Shown: positions 1 to 8,963 of the stretch, in pieces
How the letters are laid out: the number at the start of each line of letters is the position of its first letter
How positions within the stretch are numbered: the stretch's first letter is position 1
Sequence record: MK047718.1
Strand: one strand, 5' to 3'
DNA from: Escherichia phage p000y
Length of the DNA stretch: 64,000 nt
Position numbers and translations under genes: made by a program
The notes under the pieces: model-generated
What the model was told of the DNA's origin: nothing
The model's database searches: none
Seen by the model: the letters and a program-made list of their open reading frames with translations, nothing else

Positions 1-2
1 GC

Positions 3-1397
3 CATAACGTAATTGTTAACTGGTGTGATATTATTCCTGACTTTGGTTCATGGTCTTGGAATGTTAACGCAATCTATGTTAAGGGTGATGAATGTCGATA
101 TAATTTCGATGGTGAAAATATCACTAACGTAGGTTCAACAGGTGGTAATGTTGTAGGAATTTATCAGTTCAAAGACTGGGAATTCTACATGGGTTCTACT
201 GATGAGGAAATTCACGAATACTGCAAAGGTCGTGATTTCGTAGAATTCCTTTACGGCAGTGCATTCAATAAATCAGAGCTTATGAATCTAATTGATTTAG
301 GTGATATGCCTAAACTTGAAAAGGCTCATGAAGTTCGTGAACTGAATCGTAGTTTTAATGCAGTTGAAATTGGCGAAGAAACTGTAACTAAATTCGCGTT
401 AACCGAACAAGGTCGAGCTCTTCAAAAAGATGAGATTTCATGGTATTTGAAAGTGAAATCAGATTCAGTTCCTCAGTTAGTTTCGGTAAATGAAAATAAT
501 TTTGAAATGGAACGTATTAAAGGTAAGCCGGCATTTGAATATATTAAATCCAAATCAAGTCTTGCTCGTCCACAAATTGTTGATGCAATTTTAGATGCAC
601 TGAAATTCAGCACGGACACTTATTTTGTAAGTCCTGAAACTGTTCGCCGTGATTTCACTAAAGAGTTCTATACGAAAGTTATTGATCGTTGTGAAAGCAT
701 TCAGCCATTGATTGATTCATTTGGTAAAATCACACACGTGAACTACACTAAAATTGGACGTCTGAAGCCAATGTTGAAACAAGCTTTAGAACATCTTATT
801 CGTTATCATAACCGTTCTCAGGGACAGTACTCTGTTATTCATGGTGACCCGAACTTCAGTAATACTATGATTACCGATAACGGCGAAGTCAAGTTTATCG
901 ACCCTCGTGGATATTTTGGTGAAACCAAGATTTACGGGCCAAAATTATATGATGAAGCTAAAGTGCTTTATGCTGTTTCAGGTTATGATGAATTCAATGC
1001 TAATCCGACCTGGGGACAGTTTACTATTGATGAAACAACTTGTAATGTGACTATTAACATCAATCCATTAGTTTACAAATATGGAAAGATGAGTTCGTTT
1101 AACGAGTATCATCATTTGGCTGTAGCAATTATCTGGATTGCATTAGGTGGTTATTTCAAGAATAATCCACTTAAAGCGGTTGCCGCATATTATAAAGGTA
1201 TGGAACTTCTGACTAAGCAATTACGTAACATGGGCCGTGTACTTCAAGACGGCTCTATTAGTTATGACGTAGCAGAACCTGTAACGGCTACTCTGATTAC
1301 AAAAAATCCTGGTAAATGGGTACTAACTGATAAAGAAACTGGTGTTTCCTATCGTCCAATCGGCGGCGATATCACTCATCAATGGGAACGAATCTAA
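3..1397 (+). CDS. Kinase-fold protein (APH/choline-kinase-like), probably 5'-truncated by the window edge
   Basis: Frame is open from nt 3 with no stop before the ATG at 189 and no clear SD at 189. Brenner-type motif HGDPNFSN...KFIDPRGYFG typical of APH/ChoK-like phosphotransferases. Confidence 0.5.
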   Translation, partial: HNVIVNWCDIIPDFGSWSWNVNAIYVKGDECRYNFDGENITNVGSTGGNVVGIYQFKDWEFYMGSTDEEIHEYCKGRDFVEFLYGSAFNKSELMNLIDLGDMPKLEKAHEVRELNRSFNAVEIGEETVTKFALTEQGRALQKDEISWYLKVKSDSVPQLVSVNENNFEMERIKGKPAFEYIKSKSSLARPQIVDAILDALKFSTDTYFVSPETVRRDFTKEFYTKVIDRCESIQPLIDSFGKITHVNYTKIGRLKPMLKQALEHLIRYHNRSQGQYSVIHGDPNFSNTMITDNGEVKFIDPRGYFGETKIYGPKLYDEAKVLYAVSGYDEFNANPTWGQFTIDETTCNVTININPLVYKYGKMSSFNEYHHLAVAIIWIALGGYFKNNPLKAVAAYYKGMELLTKQLRNMGRVLQDGSISYDVAEPVTATLITKNPGKWVLTDKETGVSYRPIGGDITHQWERI

Positions 1398-1783
1398 TGC
1401 ACCGTGTAGAAAACATGCTTAATCTTTGTTTTGATGTCGATGATTGTATAACAGAGTGGAATAACAATCGTGATTACGTGAACTTCAAACCAGACGTCGA
1501 AATGGTGTCTGCCATTAATGCCCTGTATGATGCAGGGCATACCATAACGCTTTACACTGCCCGTGGTATGAAGTCGGTAGGTCCTGGTCGTATAGCAATT
1601 GACATTCTCCCAAGTCTGATTCAGAACTTGGAAAACATTGGTTTGAAGTACCATAATTTGCTAACACATAAACCAGTATATGATTGGATTATCGACGACA
1701 AAGCTATGCGTCCTGACGAATTCAAAGCTCTTATGAATAAAGGCGAATTCGAAACATTTAAATCATATAAACCAAATCTATAA
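1397..1783 (+). CDS. Small HAD-superfamily phosphatase-like protein
   Basis: TAATG overlap with the upstream ORF. N-terminal FDVDDCIT (DxDx motif I), later TARG and IDDKA motifs consistent with a capless HAD fold. Track start 1382 is an alternative. Confidence 0.5.
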   Translation: MHRVENMLNLCFDVDDCITEWNNNRDYVNFKPDVEMVSAINALYDAGHTITLYTARGMKSVGPGRIAIDILPSLIQNLENIGLKYHNLLTHKPVYDWIIDDKAMRPDEFKALMNKGEFETFKSYKPNL

Positions 1784-1829
1784 TAATTTAAGTAAGACCT
1801 GCAAAAACCATCGCATCAATTAACGCGAG

Positions 1830-2999
1830 ATGCAAAAAATGAATACTTTTAAAATCGGAACGAATTTTGATTTAGCTCTTCTTGATAAAATCGTAGAGCT
1901 CAATAAAACCTATCCTAATAGCTTGATAAACGAAGTATATGGCTCTACAAGAGAAATGGCTTTTGTAGCAGCCAGACCTGATTTTAGGCTTCCTGACGTT
2001 GACAAAAAGATGTTAGAAGACTACGTTAAACGTTGTAACGAATTAGGTATTTGCTTTAACTATACACTCAACACGATAAATCCTGGTTCAAAAAGAGAAC
2101 TAGTTGAGTGGAAGAAGAAAGCTATTCAGGATTATGTTCAGTATCTTTGGTCAATAGGCGTATGGCGTATTACTATCGCTAACCCTGTTGTTATGGAAAT
2201 TGTTCGTGAAGTCAATAAAGATATTGAGATTGAAGTTTCAACAATTCTACATGTCGATGCGGTAACTCAAATCAAATACTTACATGACCAATATAACATC
2301 AAAAAGGTCTGTTGCGGAATTCATAAGAACCGTTCAGTTTCTTTCCTGAAGCGTGCAGCAGAGTTTTGCAATAAGAACAATATAATATTTGAAGTTCTTG
2401 TAAATGAGTTCTGTTCTAATGCTGGTAAAGGGTATACAACACATTGTAGTTATCGTGACTCTTGCTATATTTTCCATAGTACTGATGTTACCGCTGATGA
2501 TGCTAAATCCTTAAATGGATATCCTATGCAGCACTGTATTAAAGCTCGTGATACAGACCCATTTAACTGGTTGAGAACTCGTTTTGTTCGTCCTCAAGAT
2601 TTGAAACTTTATAATGATATTGGTATCACTCAATTCAAAGTTTCAGGACGTACAGGTAGCACAGACTACATTTTGAAAGTTCTTGAAGCATACGCTTCTG
2701 AAAAGTTTGAAGGTAATTTGTTAGAACTGTGGAAGCCTTTAGAGACTATTTTCACTCTTGAAAATGAGACTGAGTTTTCACATACAGTAAATATTGAAAC
2801 CTCTTTGTTAGATGGCTTTTTAGAAAAAAGGTGGTTCAGACATCCAGATTTTGATTGTGCTAATGAAATCTGTGGGTCAACGTGTACATATTGTGAAAGG
2901 TATTATAAACGTCAATTATCTAAAAACGGGTTAGCAGAAAACTCCATATCTATTATTGATATAACTAACTCTGATGACGCTTTGAGGTACCCGGAATGA
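1830..2999 (+). CDS. Cys-rich 389-aa enzyme, peptidase-U32-like (RlhA/TrhP/UbiU family) by motif resemblance; alternatively an Fe-S protein with C-terminal CxxxCxYC
   Basis: Segments EVYGSTRE, FEVLVNEFCSNAGKGYTTHCSYRDSCY and ITQFKVSGRTGSTDYILKV resemble U32 TIM-barrel motifs as I recall them. C-terminal CANEICGSTCTYC cluster. Family call is unverified. Confidence 0.4.
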   Translation: MQKMNTFKIGTNFDLALLDKIVELNKTYPNSLINEVYGSTREMAFVAARPDFRLPDVDKKMLEDYVKRCNELGICFNYTLNTINPGSKRELVEWKKKAIQDYVQYLWSIGVWRITIANPVVMEIVREVNKDIEIEVSTILHVDAVTQIKYLHDQYNIKKVCCGIHKNRSVSFLKRAAEFCNKNNIIFEVLVNEFCSNAGKGYTTHCSYRDSCYIFHSTDVTADDAKSLNGYPMQHCIKARDTDPFNWLRTRFVRPQDLKLYNDIGITQFKVSGRTGSTDYILKVLEAYASEKFEGNLLELWKPLETIFTLENETEFSHTVNIETSLLDGFLEKRWFRHPDFDCANEICGSTCTYCERYYKRQLSKNGLAENSISIIDITNSDDALRYPE

Positions 3000-3235
3000 T
3001 TTCTAGAAAAAGTTTTAATTATAAACTTAACGAAGAGATTTTGACTATGAAACTGAACACTAACGAACAAATTCTTAAAAAGGCCCTTATGGGCCTGTTT
3101 GAAACCAAAGCGGCTAAAGTGATTAAAGAACCTGTTCAATTGGAATACTACACTGATGCATTCCTTCATAGTGTTCTTGGAAGTATAGATTCTGAAGCTT
3201 TACGTTATATCAACATTGTCAAGAAATTCAAATAA
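2996..3235 (+). CDS. Hypothetical protein (79 aa)
   Basis: ATGA overlap with the upstream gene; same-strand packing. Confidence 0.4.
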   Translation: MISRKSFNYKLNEEILTMKLNTNEQILKKALMGLFETKAAKVIKEPVQLEYYTDAFLHSVLGSIDSEALRYINIVKKFK

Positions 3236-3277
3236 GCTTTACGAATTGAGTATATAATAAATTGTATTGAGGTAAAC

Positions 3278-3994
3278 ATGGGAAAACATAACACAATGAA
3301 ATATATCAAAGCCGCAGATTTTCAAACCGCATTTAAAGCAGTCAATCGTGAAATTTTAGAAAACCCGGAATTCGTAACTGATTCTCGTATTGGACGTTGT
3401 AATGAAATTGGGTCTATGACAGTAGTTGTTGACACTCCATCATCATTCAAAATGACCGACCCACGTATTAACCGCATCTCTTATGAATATGCCGAAGACT
3501 TCTGGAAGTTTATGATTTCTGGTGGTACCAACGCAGAAGAAGCGTTTAAGGCATATCCTAATGTCGCTAAATTTATTTCTAAACCAAAATCAGATGTTTT
3601 GCCGGCGAACTTCAACACTTTCTATGGTCCTCGCATTGCGGCCCAATTACCAACTCTTCTAAAAGAACTTAAAGAAAAACCTAACTCTCGAAGAGTTGTG
3701 TTCCAAATTCTAGAAAGTTCTGATCAGGCTTTGCTTGATTCGGACGAAACACTTGAATATCCATGTACTGACTCAGTAACTTATTATATTCGTGATGGTA
3801 AGCTTTATACCCACTGTCATATGCGTTCTCAGAACTGTGCTGTTGTTATGCAGTTGGATTTTTATCTCCAAGGAAAATTACTTCATTATATCGCTAACGA
3901 ATGCGGTGTAGAAGTTGGTGATTATACTCATACCATGGTAAGTGCCCATGTGTTTGAACGTGATTTTGATTATGTTAAAGGATTCCTTGACTAA
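3278..3994 (+). CDS. 42: Deoxypyrimidylate hydroxymethylase of the thymidylate-synthase family (gp42-like dCMP hydroxymethylase)
   Basis: PNSRR, PCTDSVTYYIRD (catalytic Cys) and MRSQN...QLD motifs align with T4 gp42 PDSRR, MCTNTVQYLIRD, MRSND...RND. Sits directly upstream of the uvsX block as in T4. Appears more diverged than neighbouring core genes. Confidence 0.75.
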   Translation: MGKHNTMKYIKAADFQTAFKAVNREILENPEFVTDSRIGRCNEIGSMTVVVDTPSSFKMTDPRINRISYEYAEDFWKFMISGGTNAEEAFKAYPNVAKFISKPKSDVLPANFNTFYGPRIAAQLPTLLKELKEKPNSRRVVFQILESSDQALLDSDETLEYPCTDSVTYYIRDGKLYTHCHMRSQNCAVVMQLDFYLQGKLLHYIANECGVEVGDYTHTMVSAHVFERDFDYVKGFLD

Positions 3995-4893
3995 TGGCTA
4001 TTTTCCGCGTACCAATCTTGAGTATGCGGTCTTATGAAACTGGACAGTATGCTATCCTTAAGGATGGCAACTTCCAACTTCATTTGCACCGTGCTAATCC
4101 GGGTGATGTGATTACATATCCACGTAATGCATCTGATATTAAAGAATGCGAACGTCTTTTCCCAGAATTTAAGTTTGTTCCATTATGGTATAAAGATAAC
4201 GCGTATAACACTCGTAAATATTTCTGGACTGAAAATGAATTTGTGGTTGATTCATTAATTGATTATTATGATTGTGATTTTCTAATCACAGATATCACTG
4301 GTTATGGCGGCGCTTTTGATGTGGAATTCAATTTCAATATCACTGCAGACCCTAATAAACCACGTTTTTATATTGATGAATTCTTAAAAACCGACATGTT
4401 GTCTGTTAATCGTTCACTTCAAACTACTGTGTTGAATGAACGTCAAAAAGAAGTGCTGGTTAACGCAGGTGCAGATGGTAATAAGATTATCGTAACGCAG
4501 AAAGTTATACGTCCTTCCATCATGCAGCGTCTTGTAGGTGATTTGGCTCCTATTCATCTAGATGGTATTTTTCATCCATTTCGAATTAGTGACCCATGTT
4601 ATCGTTTTGAACAAGTGGTTGAATGTGCAATTCAATTAGGTCAACCGCTTTATATAACCGATCCAAATAATAGCTTCGACAGAAATAAGTATCCTGAAGA
4701 AGCGCTGATTCGAATTTTTAAACCAACTAAAACTGAGTACTATCAAATTCTTAAAGGACGTCCGAAAATTCAATATTTCGAAAATCCTGAAGAAGTATTC
4801 CATCCAGGTCTTGGTGAGTTCATCTACTTTAATGCTTTAATTTCTTCGCCGTATAATATACCTAAATACGAAGATGTCGTAATCGAGGAATAA
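3994..4893 (+). CDS. Hypothetical protein (299 aa) in the position T4 uses for beta-glucosyltransferase
   Basis: TAATG-coupled to gene 42. No resemblance to T4 beta-GT that I can see. Contains a YYDCDFLITD (DxD-like) segment. Function is inferred only from position. Confidence 0.5.
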   Translation: MAIFRVPILSMRSYETGQYAILKDGNFQLHLHRANPGDVITYPRNASDIKECERLFPEFKFVPLWYKDNAYNTRKYFWTENEFVVDSLIDYYDCDFLITDITGYGGAFDVEFNFNITADPNKPRFYIDEFLKTDMLSVNRSLQTTVLNERQKEVLVNAGADGNKIIVTQKVIRPSIMQRLVGDLAPIHLDGIFHPFRISDPCYRFEQVVECAIQLGQPLYITDPNNSFDRNKYPEEALIRIFKPTKTEYYQILKGRPKIQYFENPEEVFHPGLGEFIYFNALISSPYNIPKYEDVVIEE

Positions 4894-4894
4894 A

Positions 4895-5443
4895 ATGGCT
4901 AAAATTATTTTAGTAGATGGCCCGGATAATGCTGGTAAAACAACTTTCATTAATGACATAATGGAAATTAGTGAAAGATATGTAAAGATTGATTTCCCTA
5001 AACGAACAGTTGATGGACGTTTCGATGTTAAGTCTCGAAATGAAGTTGGCTGTTTCGAAACGATGTTGAATTATTTAGACCCTACTAAGATTTATCTGTT
5101 AGACCGTGGATATATTAGTAACTGGGTTTATGGACGTATTCGACAAGATGCGGACTCGATTCTTGACGTTTATGAACAGGACTATGTTCGTCTTTGCCAA
5201 AACCATGATGTGTTCACAATTATTTTAACACGTAACGAAATGACTGAAAGTTTTGAAGACGACCTTATTACTTTGTCTTCATTCGGTTTTAATACAGTCA
5301 TTTCACATTTTGAAGAGTTTGCAATTCATAACAAAATCCAAACGTATCAATTACTTAATCATGATGGTGCTAACAAAGTTATAGGATTTAATGCAAGCGA
5401 ACGTAATTATTTGATTACAGAAATTATCAAATGGGCTCGTTAA
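4895..5443 (+). CDS. P-loop nucleotide kinase, thymidylate-kinase-like
   Basis: Walker A GPDNAGKTT and LLDRGYISNWVYG (TMK-like DR(Y/H)xxSxxxYxG) motifs; 182 aa. Confidence 0.5.
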   Translation: MAKIILVDGPDNAGKTTFINDIMEISERYVKIDFPKRTVDGRFDVKSRNEVGCFETMLNYLDPTKIYLLDRGYISNWVYGRIRQDADSILDVYEQDYVRLCQNHDVFTIILTRNEMTESFEDDLITLSSFGFNTVISHFEEFAIHNKIQTYQLLNHDGANKVIGFNASERNYLITEIIKWAR

Positions 5444-5461
5444 GAGCCATTTAAAGTTTTA

Positions 5462-5488
5462 AATGCTGTATAACCCTTAGTATATAAT
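5462..5488 (+). promoter_or_regulatory. Candidate MotA-dependent middle promoter upstream of uvsX
   Basis: MotA-box-like aaTGCTgtA with TATAAT starting 19 nt after the TGCT core; same spacing as the candidate upstream of gene 39. Confidence 0.4.
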
Positions 5489-5541
5489 CATCTTATCTTT
5501 TAAACATGAGTAAAATATAATGATGCCTATGGAAAAATACA

Positions 5542-6714
5542 ATGTCTGATTTAAAATCTCGTCTGATTAAAGCTTCTACTTCTAAAATGACTGCAGACTT
5601 GACTAAGTCTAAGCTGTTTAATAATCGTGATGAAGTCCCTACTCGTATTCCGATGTTGAATATTGCATTAGGTGGTGCACTGAATGCCGGGTTGCAATCA
5701 GGCTTAACTATTTTTGCTGCTCCTTCTAAACACTTTAAAACGTTGTTTGGGCTGACCATGGTTGCAGCATATATGAAGAAATATAAAGATGCAATCTGTT
5801 TGTTTTATGACTCAGAATTCGGTGCTTCAGAATCTTATTTTCGTTCAATGGGTGTTGATTTAGACCGTGTAGTTCATACTCCGATTCAATCTGTCGAACA
5901 ACTTAAAGTTGATATGACTAATCAGCTTGACGCGATTGAACGCGGTGATAAAGTTATTATCTTTATCGATTCAATCGGTAATACTGCATCTAAGAAAGAA
6001 ACCGAAGATGCGTTGAACGAGAAAGTTGTAGGTGATATGTCTCGTGCTAAGGCACTTAAATCTCTGTTTCGCATTGTGACCCCGTATCTGACTATTAAAG
6101 ATATTCCGTGTGTTGCAATTAACCATACCGCAATGGAAATCGGCGGACTATATCCTAAAGAGATTATGGGTGGTGGTACAGGTATTCTTTACTCTGCTAA
6201 CACTGTATTCTTTATCTCTAAACGTCAGGTTAAAGAAGGTACAGAATTGACCGGTTATGACTTCACGTTGAAAGCAGAAAAATCTCGTACAGTTAAAGAG
6301 AAATCTACTTTCCCAATCACAGTTAATTTTGATGGTGGTATCGACCCATTCAGTGGCTTGTTAGAAATGGCAACTGAAATTGGTTTTGTAGTTAAGCCTA
6401 AAGCCGGGTGGTATGCTCGTGAATTCCTTGACGAAGAAACAGGTGAAATGATTCGTGAAGAGAAATCATGGCGTGCTAAAGCTACTGATTGTGTAGAATT
6501 CTGGGGACCGTTGTTTAAACACAAACCTTTCCGTGACGCAATTGAAACTAAATATAAACTAGGTGCTATCTCTTCTATTAAAGAAGTTGATGACGCTGTT
6601 AATGACCTTATTAATTGCAAAGCAACAACTAAAGTTCCGGTTAAAACTTCTGATGCTCCGTCTGCAGCAGATATAGAAAACGACCTTGATGAAATGGAAG
6701 ATTTCGATGAATAA
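5542..6714 (+). CDS. uvsX: UvsX RecA-like recombinase
   Basis: 390 aa; strong similarity to T4 UvsX from the N-terminus onward; synteny 42-uvsX-40-41. Confidence 0.95.
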   Translation: MSDLKSRLIKASTSKMTADLTKSKLFNNRDEVPTRIPMLNIALGGALNAGLQSGLTIFAAPSKHFKTLFGLTMVAAYMKKYKDAICLFYDSEFGASESYFRSMGVDLDRVVHTPIQSVEQLKVDMTNQLDAIERGDKVIIFIDSIGNTASKKETEDALNEKVVGDMSRAKALKSLFRIVTPYLTIKDIPCVAINHTAMEIGGLYPKEIMGGGTGILYSANTVFFISKRQVKEGTELTGYDFTLKAEKSRTVKEKSTFPITVNFDGGIDPFSGLLEMATEIGFVVKPKAGWYAREFLDEETGEMIREEKSWRAKATDCVEFWGPLFKHKPFRDAIETKYKLGAISSIKEVDDAVNDLINCKATTKVPVKTSDAPSAADIENDLDEMEDFDE

Positions 6715-7048
6715 TCTCGATGATTTAAATCTAGAAATCGTTGATGAATCCCCTTCTTCGGAAGGGGAAGACATTCGCAAAGAACGAGTGTTTAATGAAT
6801 CTCTTAAAATTGTCCGTTCAGCAATGGAAAATGTCATTCAAGAGATTCTGATTACGCTTGAAGATGGTTCTCATCATATAGTCTATATTACAAAACTAGA
6901 CTGGGTTGGTGGTAAAATCGTAATGGACTTTGCAGTTCTTGACCAGGGCAGAAAAGCAGAACTTGCACCACATGTTGAAAAATGTGTTACAATGCAAGTA
7001 CAACAAGCTTTTAATGAACGGACCAAGAAAAAATTTAAATTCTTTTAA
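6707..7048 (+). CDS. 40: gp40 head vertex assembly chaperone (position-based)
   Basis: ATGA overlap with the uvsX stop; about 113 aa; lies between uvsX and 41 as in T4. Track start 6686 is a TTG. Confidence 0.5.
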   Translation: MNNLDDLNLEIVDESPSSEGEDIRKERVFNESLKIVRSAMENVIQEILITLEDGSHHIVYITKLDWVGGKIVMDFAVLDQGRKAELAPHVEKCVTMQVQQAFNERTKKKFKFF

Positions 7049-7057
7049 GGAGTTATC

Positions 7058-8500
7058 GTGGTAGAAATTATTTTGTCTCATCTAGTATACGACCAGGCTT
7101 ATTTTTCTAAGGTCTGGCCTTATATGGATTCTGAGTATTTTGAGCGTGGACCGGCAAAAAATGTCTTTAAAATTATAAAGAGCCACGTTAACGAATATAA
7201 TGCAATGCCATCTATCAATGCGTTAAAGGTGGCTTTAGATAACAGTTCTTTAACTGAAGCCGAATATAAAGGAACTTCAGACCTAATTGAAAAATTGGCT
7301 GATACTCCTGAAGACCATGAGTGGTTGGTTAAAGAAACTGAGAAATATGTCCAGCAAAAAGCGATGTATAATGCTACATCCAAAATCATTGAGATTCAGT
7401 CTAATGCTGAACTACCTCCAGAACAACGTAACAAGAAAATGCCTGACGTAGGAGCTATTCCTGATATTATGCGTCAAGCACTTTCAATTTCGTTCGATAG
7501 TTATGTTGGACATGACTGGATGGAAGACTATGAAGCACGCTGGCTTTCTTATCTAAATAAAGCACGTAAGGTCCCGTTCAAATTAAACATTCTTAATAAA
7601 ATCACCAAAGGTGGCGCAGAAACAGGTACACTGAACGTTTTAATGGCCGGTGTTAACGTTGGTAAATCTTTAGGCCTTTGTTCACTTGCTGCAGATTATC
7701 TTCAAACAGGACATAATGTTCTTTATATTTCCATGGAAATGGCTGAAGAAGTTTGTGCTAAGCGTATAGATGCAAACATGCTTGACGTATCACTCGATGA
7801 TATCGATGATGGTAACGTATCTTATGCTGAATATAAAGCCAAGATGGAAAAATGGCGTTCAAAAACAACATTAGGACGTTTAGTAGTTAAACAGTATCCT
7901 ACTGGTGGAGCTAATGCTAATACATTTCGTGCATTGCTTAATGAGTTAAAACTTAAGAAGAACTTTGTGCCATCTGTAATCATGGTTGATTACTTAGGTA
8001 TTTGTGGGTCTTGTCGTATCAGAGTTTACACTGAAAATAGCTACACATTAGTTAAAGCTATCGCAGAAGAACTTCGTGCATTAGCAGTAGAATCTGAAAC
8101 AGTTCTATGGACTGCAGCTCAAGTAGGACGTGCAGCATGGGATGCTTCAGACATGAACATGAGTGATATCGCAGAATCGGCAGGTTTACCAGCAACGGCA
8201 GATTTCATGTTGGCTGTAATTGAAACCGAAGAACTTGCACAAGCTGAACAACAACTTATCAAACAAATCAAATCACGATACGGCGATAAGAATAAGTGGA
8301 ATAAATTCCTGATGGGTGTACGTAAAGGCAATCAGAAATGGGTTGAGATTGAGCAAGAAGGCATGAACACACCTAACACAGTAAATGAAAACGCAGGTGC
8401 TCAGATGCGTCAGGCAGAGGTGAATCGTACGGAACGCGTAGGTAAAGCCAAAGCAACACGTGCTGACCTAGATAGCTTAGCCAATGAGTTAAAATTTTAA
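7058..8500 (+). CDS. 41: gp41 replicative DNA helicase (DnaB-like)
   Basis: GTG start with AAGGAG SD; 480 aa, near-identical to T4 gp41 over long stretches (MVEIILSHL..., GVNVGKSLGLCSLAADYLQ). Confidence 0.95.
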   Translation: MVEIILSHLVYDQAYFSKVWPYMDSEYFERGPAKNVFKIIKSHVNEYNAMPSINALKVALDNSSLTEAEYKGTSDLIEKLADTPEDHEWLVKETEKYVQQKAMYNATSKIIEIQSNAELPPEQRNKKMPDVGAIPDIMRQALSISFDSYVGHDWMEDYEARWLSYLNKARKVPFKLNILNKITKGGAETGTLNVLMAGVNVGKSLGLCSLAADYLQTGHNVLYISMEMAEEVCAKRIDANMLDVSLDDIDDGNVSYAEYKAKMEKWRSKTTLGRLVVKQYPTGGANANTFRALLNELKLKKNFVPSVIMVDYLGICGSCRIRVYTENSYTLVKAIAEELRALAVESETVLWTAAQVGRAAWDASDMNMSDIAESAGLPATADFMLAVIETEELAQAEQQLIKQIKSRYGDKNKWNKFLMGVRKGNQKWVEIEQEGMNTPNTVNENAGAQMRQAEVNRTERVGKAKATRADLDSLANELKF

Positions 8501-8506
8501 TAAAAA

Positions 8507-8525
8507 GGAGACTTCGGTCTCCTTT
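8507..8525 (+). terminator. CUUCGG-tetraloop hairpin downstream of gene 41 (weak U tract)
   Basis: GGAGAC-TTCG-GTCTCC followed by TTT. Confidence 0.4.
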
Positions 8526-8588
8526 CGGGGTTTACATCTTCCTCTAGGCATGATATGATGAACTTACACCAACCAAGAGGAAAACATT

Positions 8589-8963
8589 ATGAATATGTCT
8601 CAAGCAATTTTTACTGCAATCACCGAAAACACAACTGTTGAAGTAGTTTCTCCACTGGCAACCTACGTTATTCTTGCTCCTAAAACTATTGTATCTCGTA
8701 TGGAAAACATGGGCAAACGTATCGTACAAATAGTTGGAGCTGGAAATCAAAAACTTGATTATCTACGAACCATCAAAGCTTATGAACATTTCCAACTCGA
8801 AAAAGGTTCTCCTATCCAGGTAGAACTCGTAAATGGTGATATCGTTCGAGCAATGTTCCATCATTTCTATGCATTGAATGACCCATCTAAAGCGGTTCGT
8901 TTAATTGCATACGACGCAAACCAAAAAGAAATCAACGCAGATGTATCTAAATTACGTTTTTAA
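8589..8963 (+). CDS. Hypothetical protein (124 aa)
   Basis: ORF with an upstream early-promoter-like element and a purine-rich RBS. Confidence 0.5.
   Translation: MNMSQAIFTAITENTTVEVVSPLATYVILAPKTIVSRMENMGKRIVQIVGAGNQKLDYLRTIKAYEHFQLEKGSPIQVELVNGDIVRAMFHHFYALNDPSKAVRLIAYDANQKEINADVSKLRF

Noticed and set aside
1830-2999. Calling the 389-aa protein a canonical radical SAM enzyme on the basis of CGSTCTYC (CxxxCxYC)
   Set aside because: The motif is about 40 residues from the C-terminus, leaving no room for the radical SAM barrel that normally follows it. Kept only as an alternative Fe-S hypothesis.
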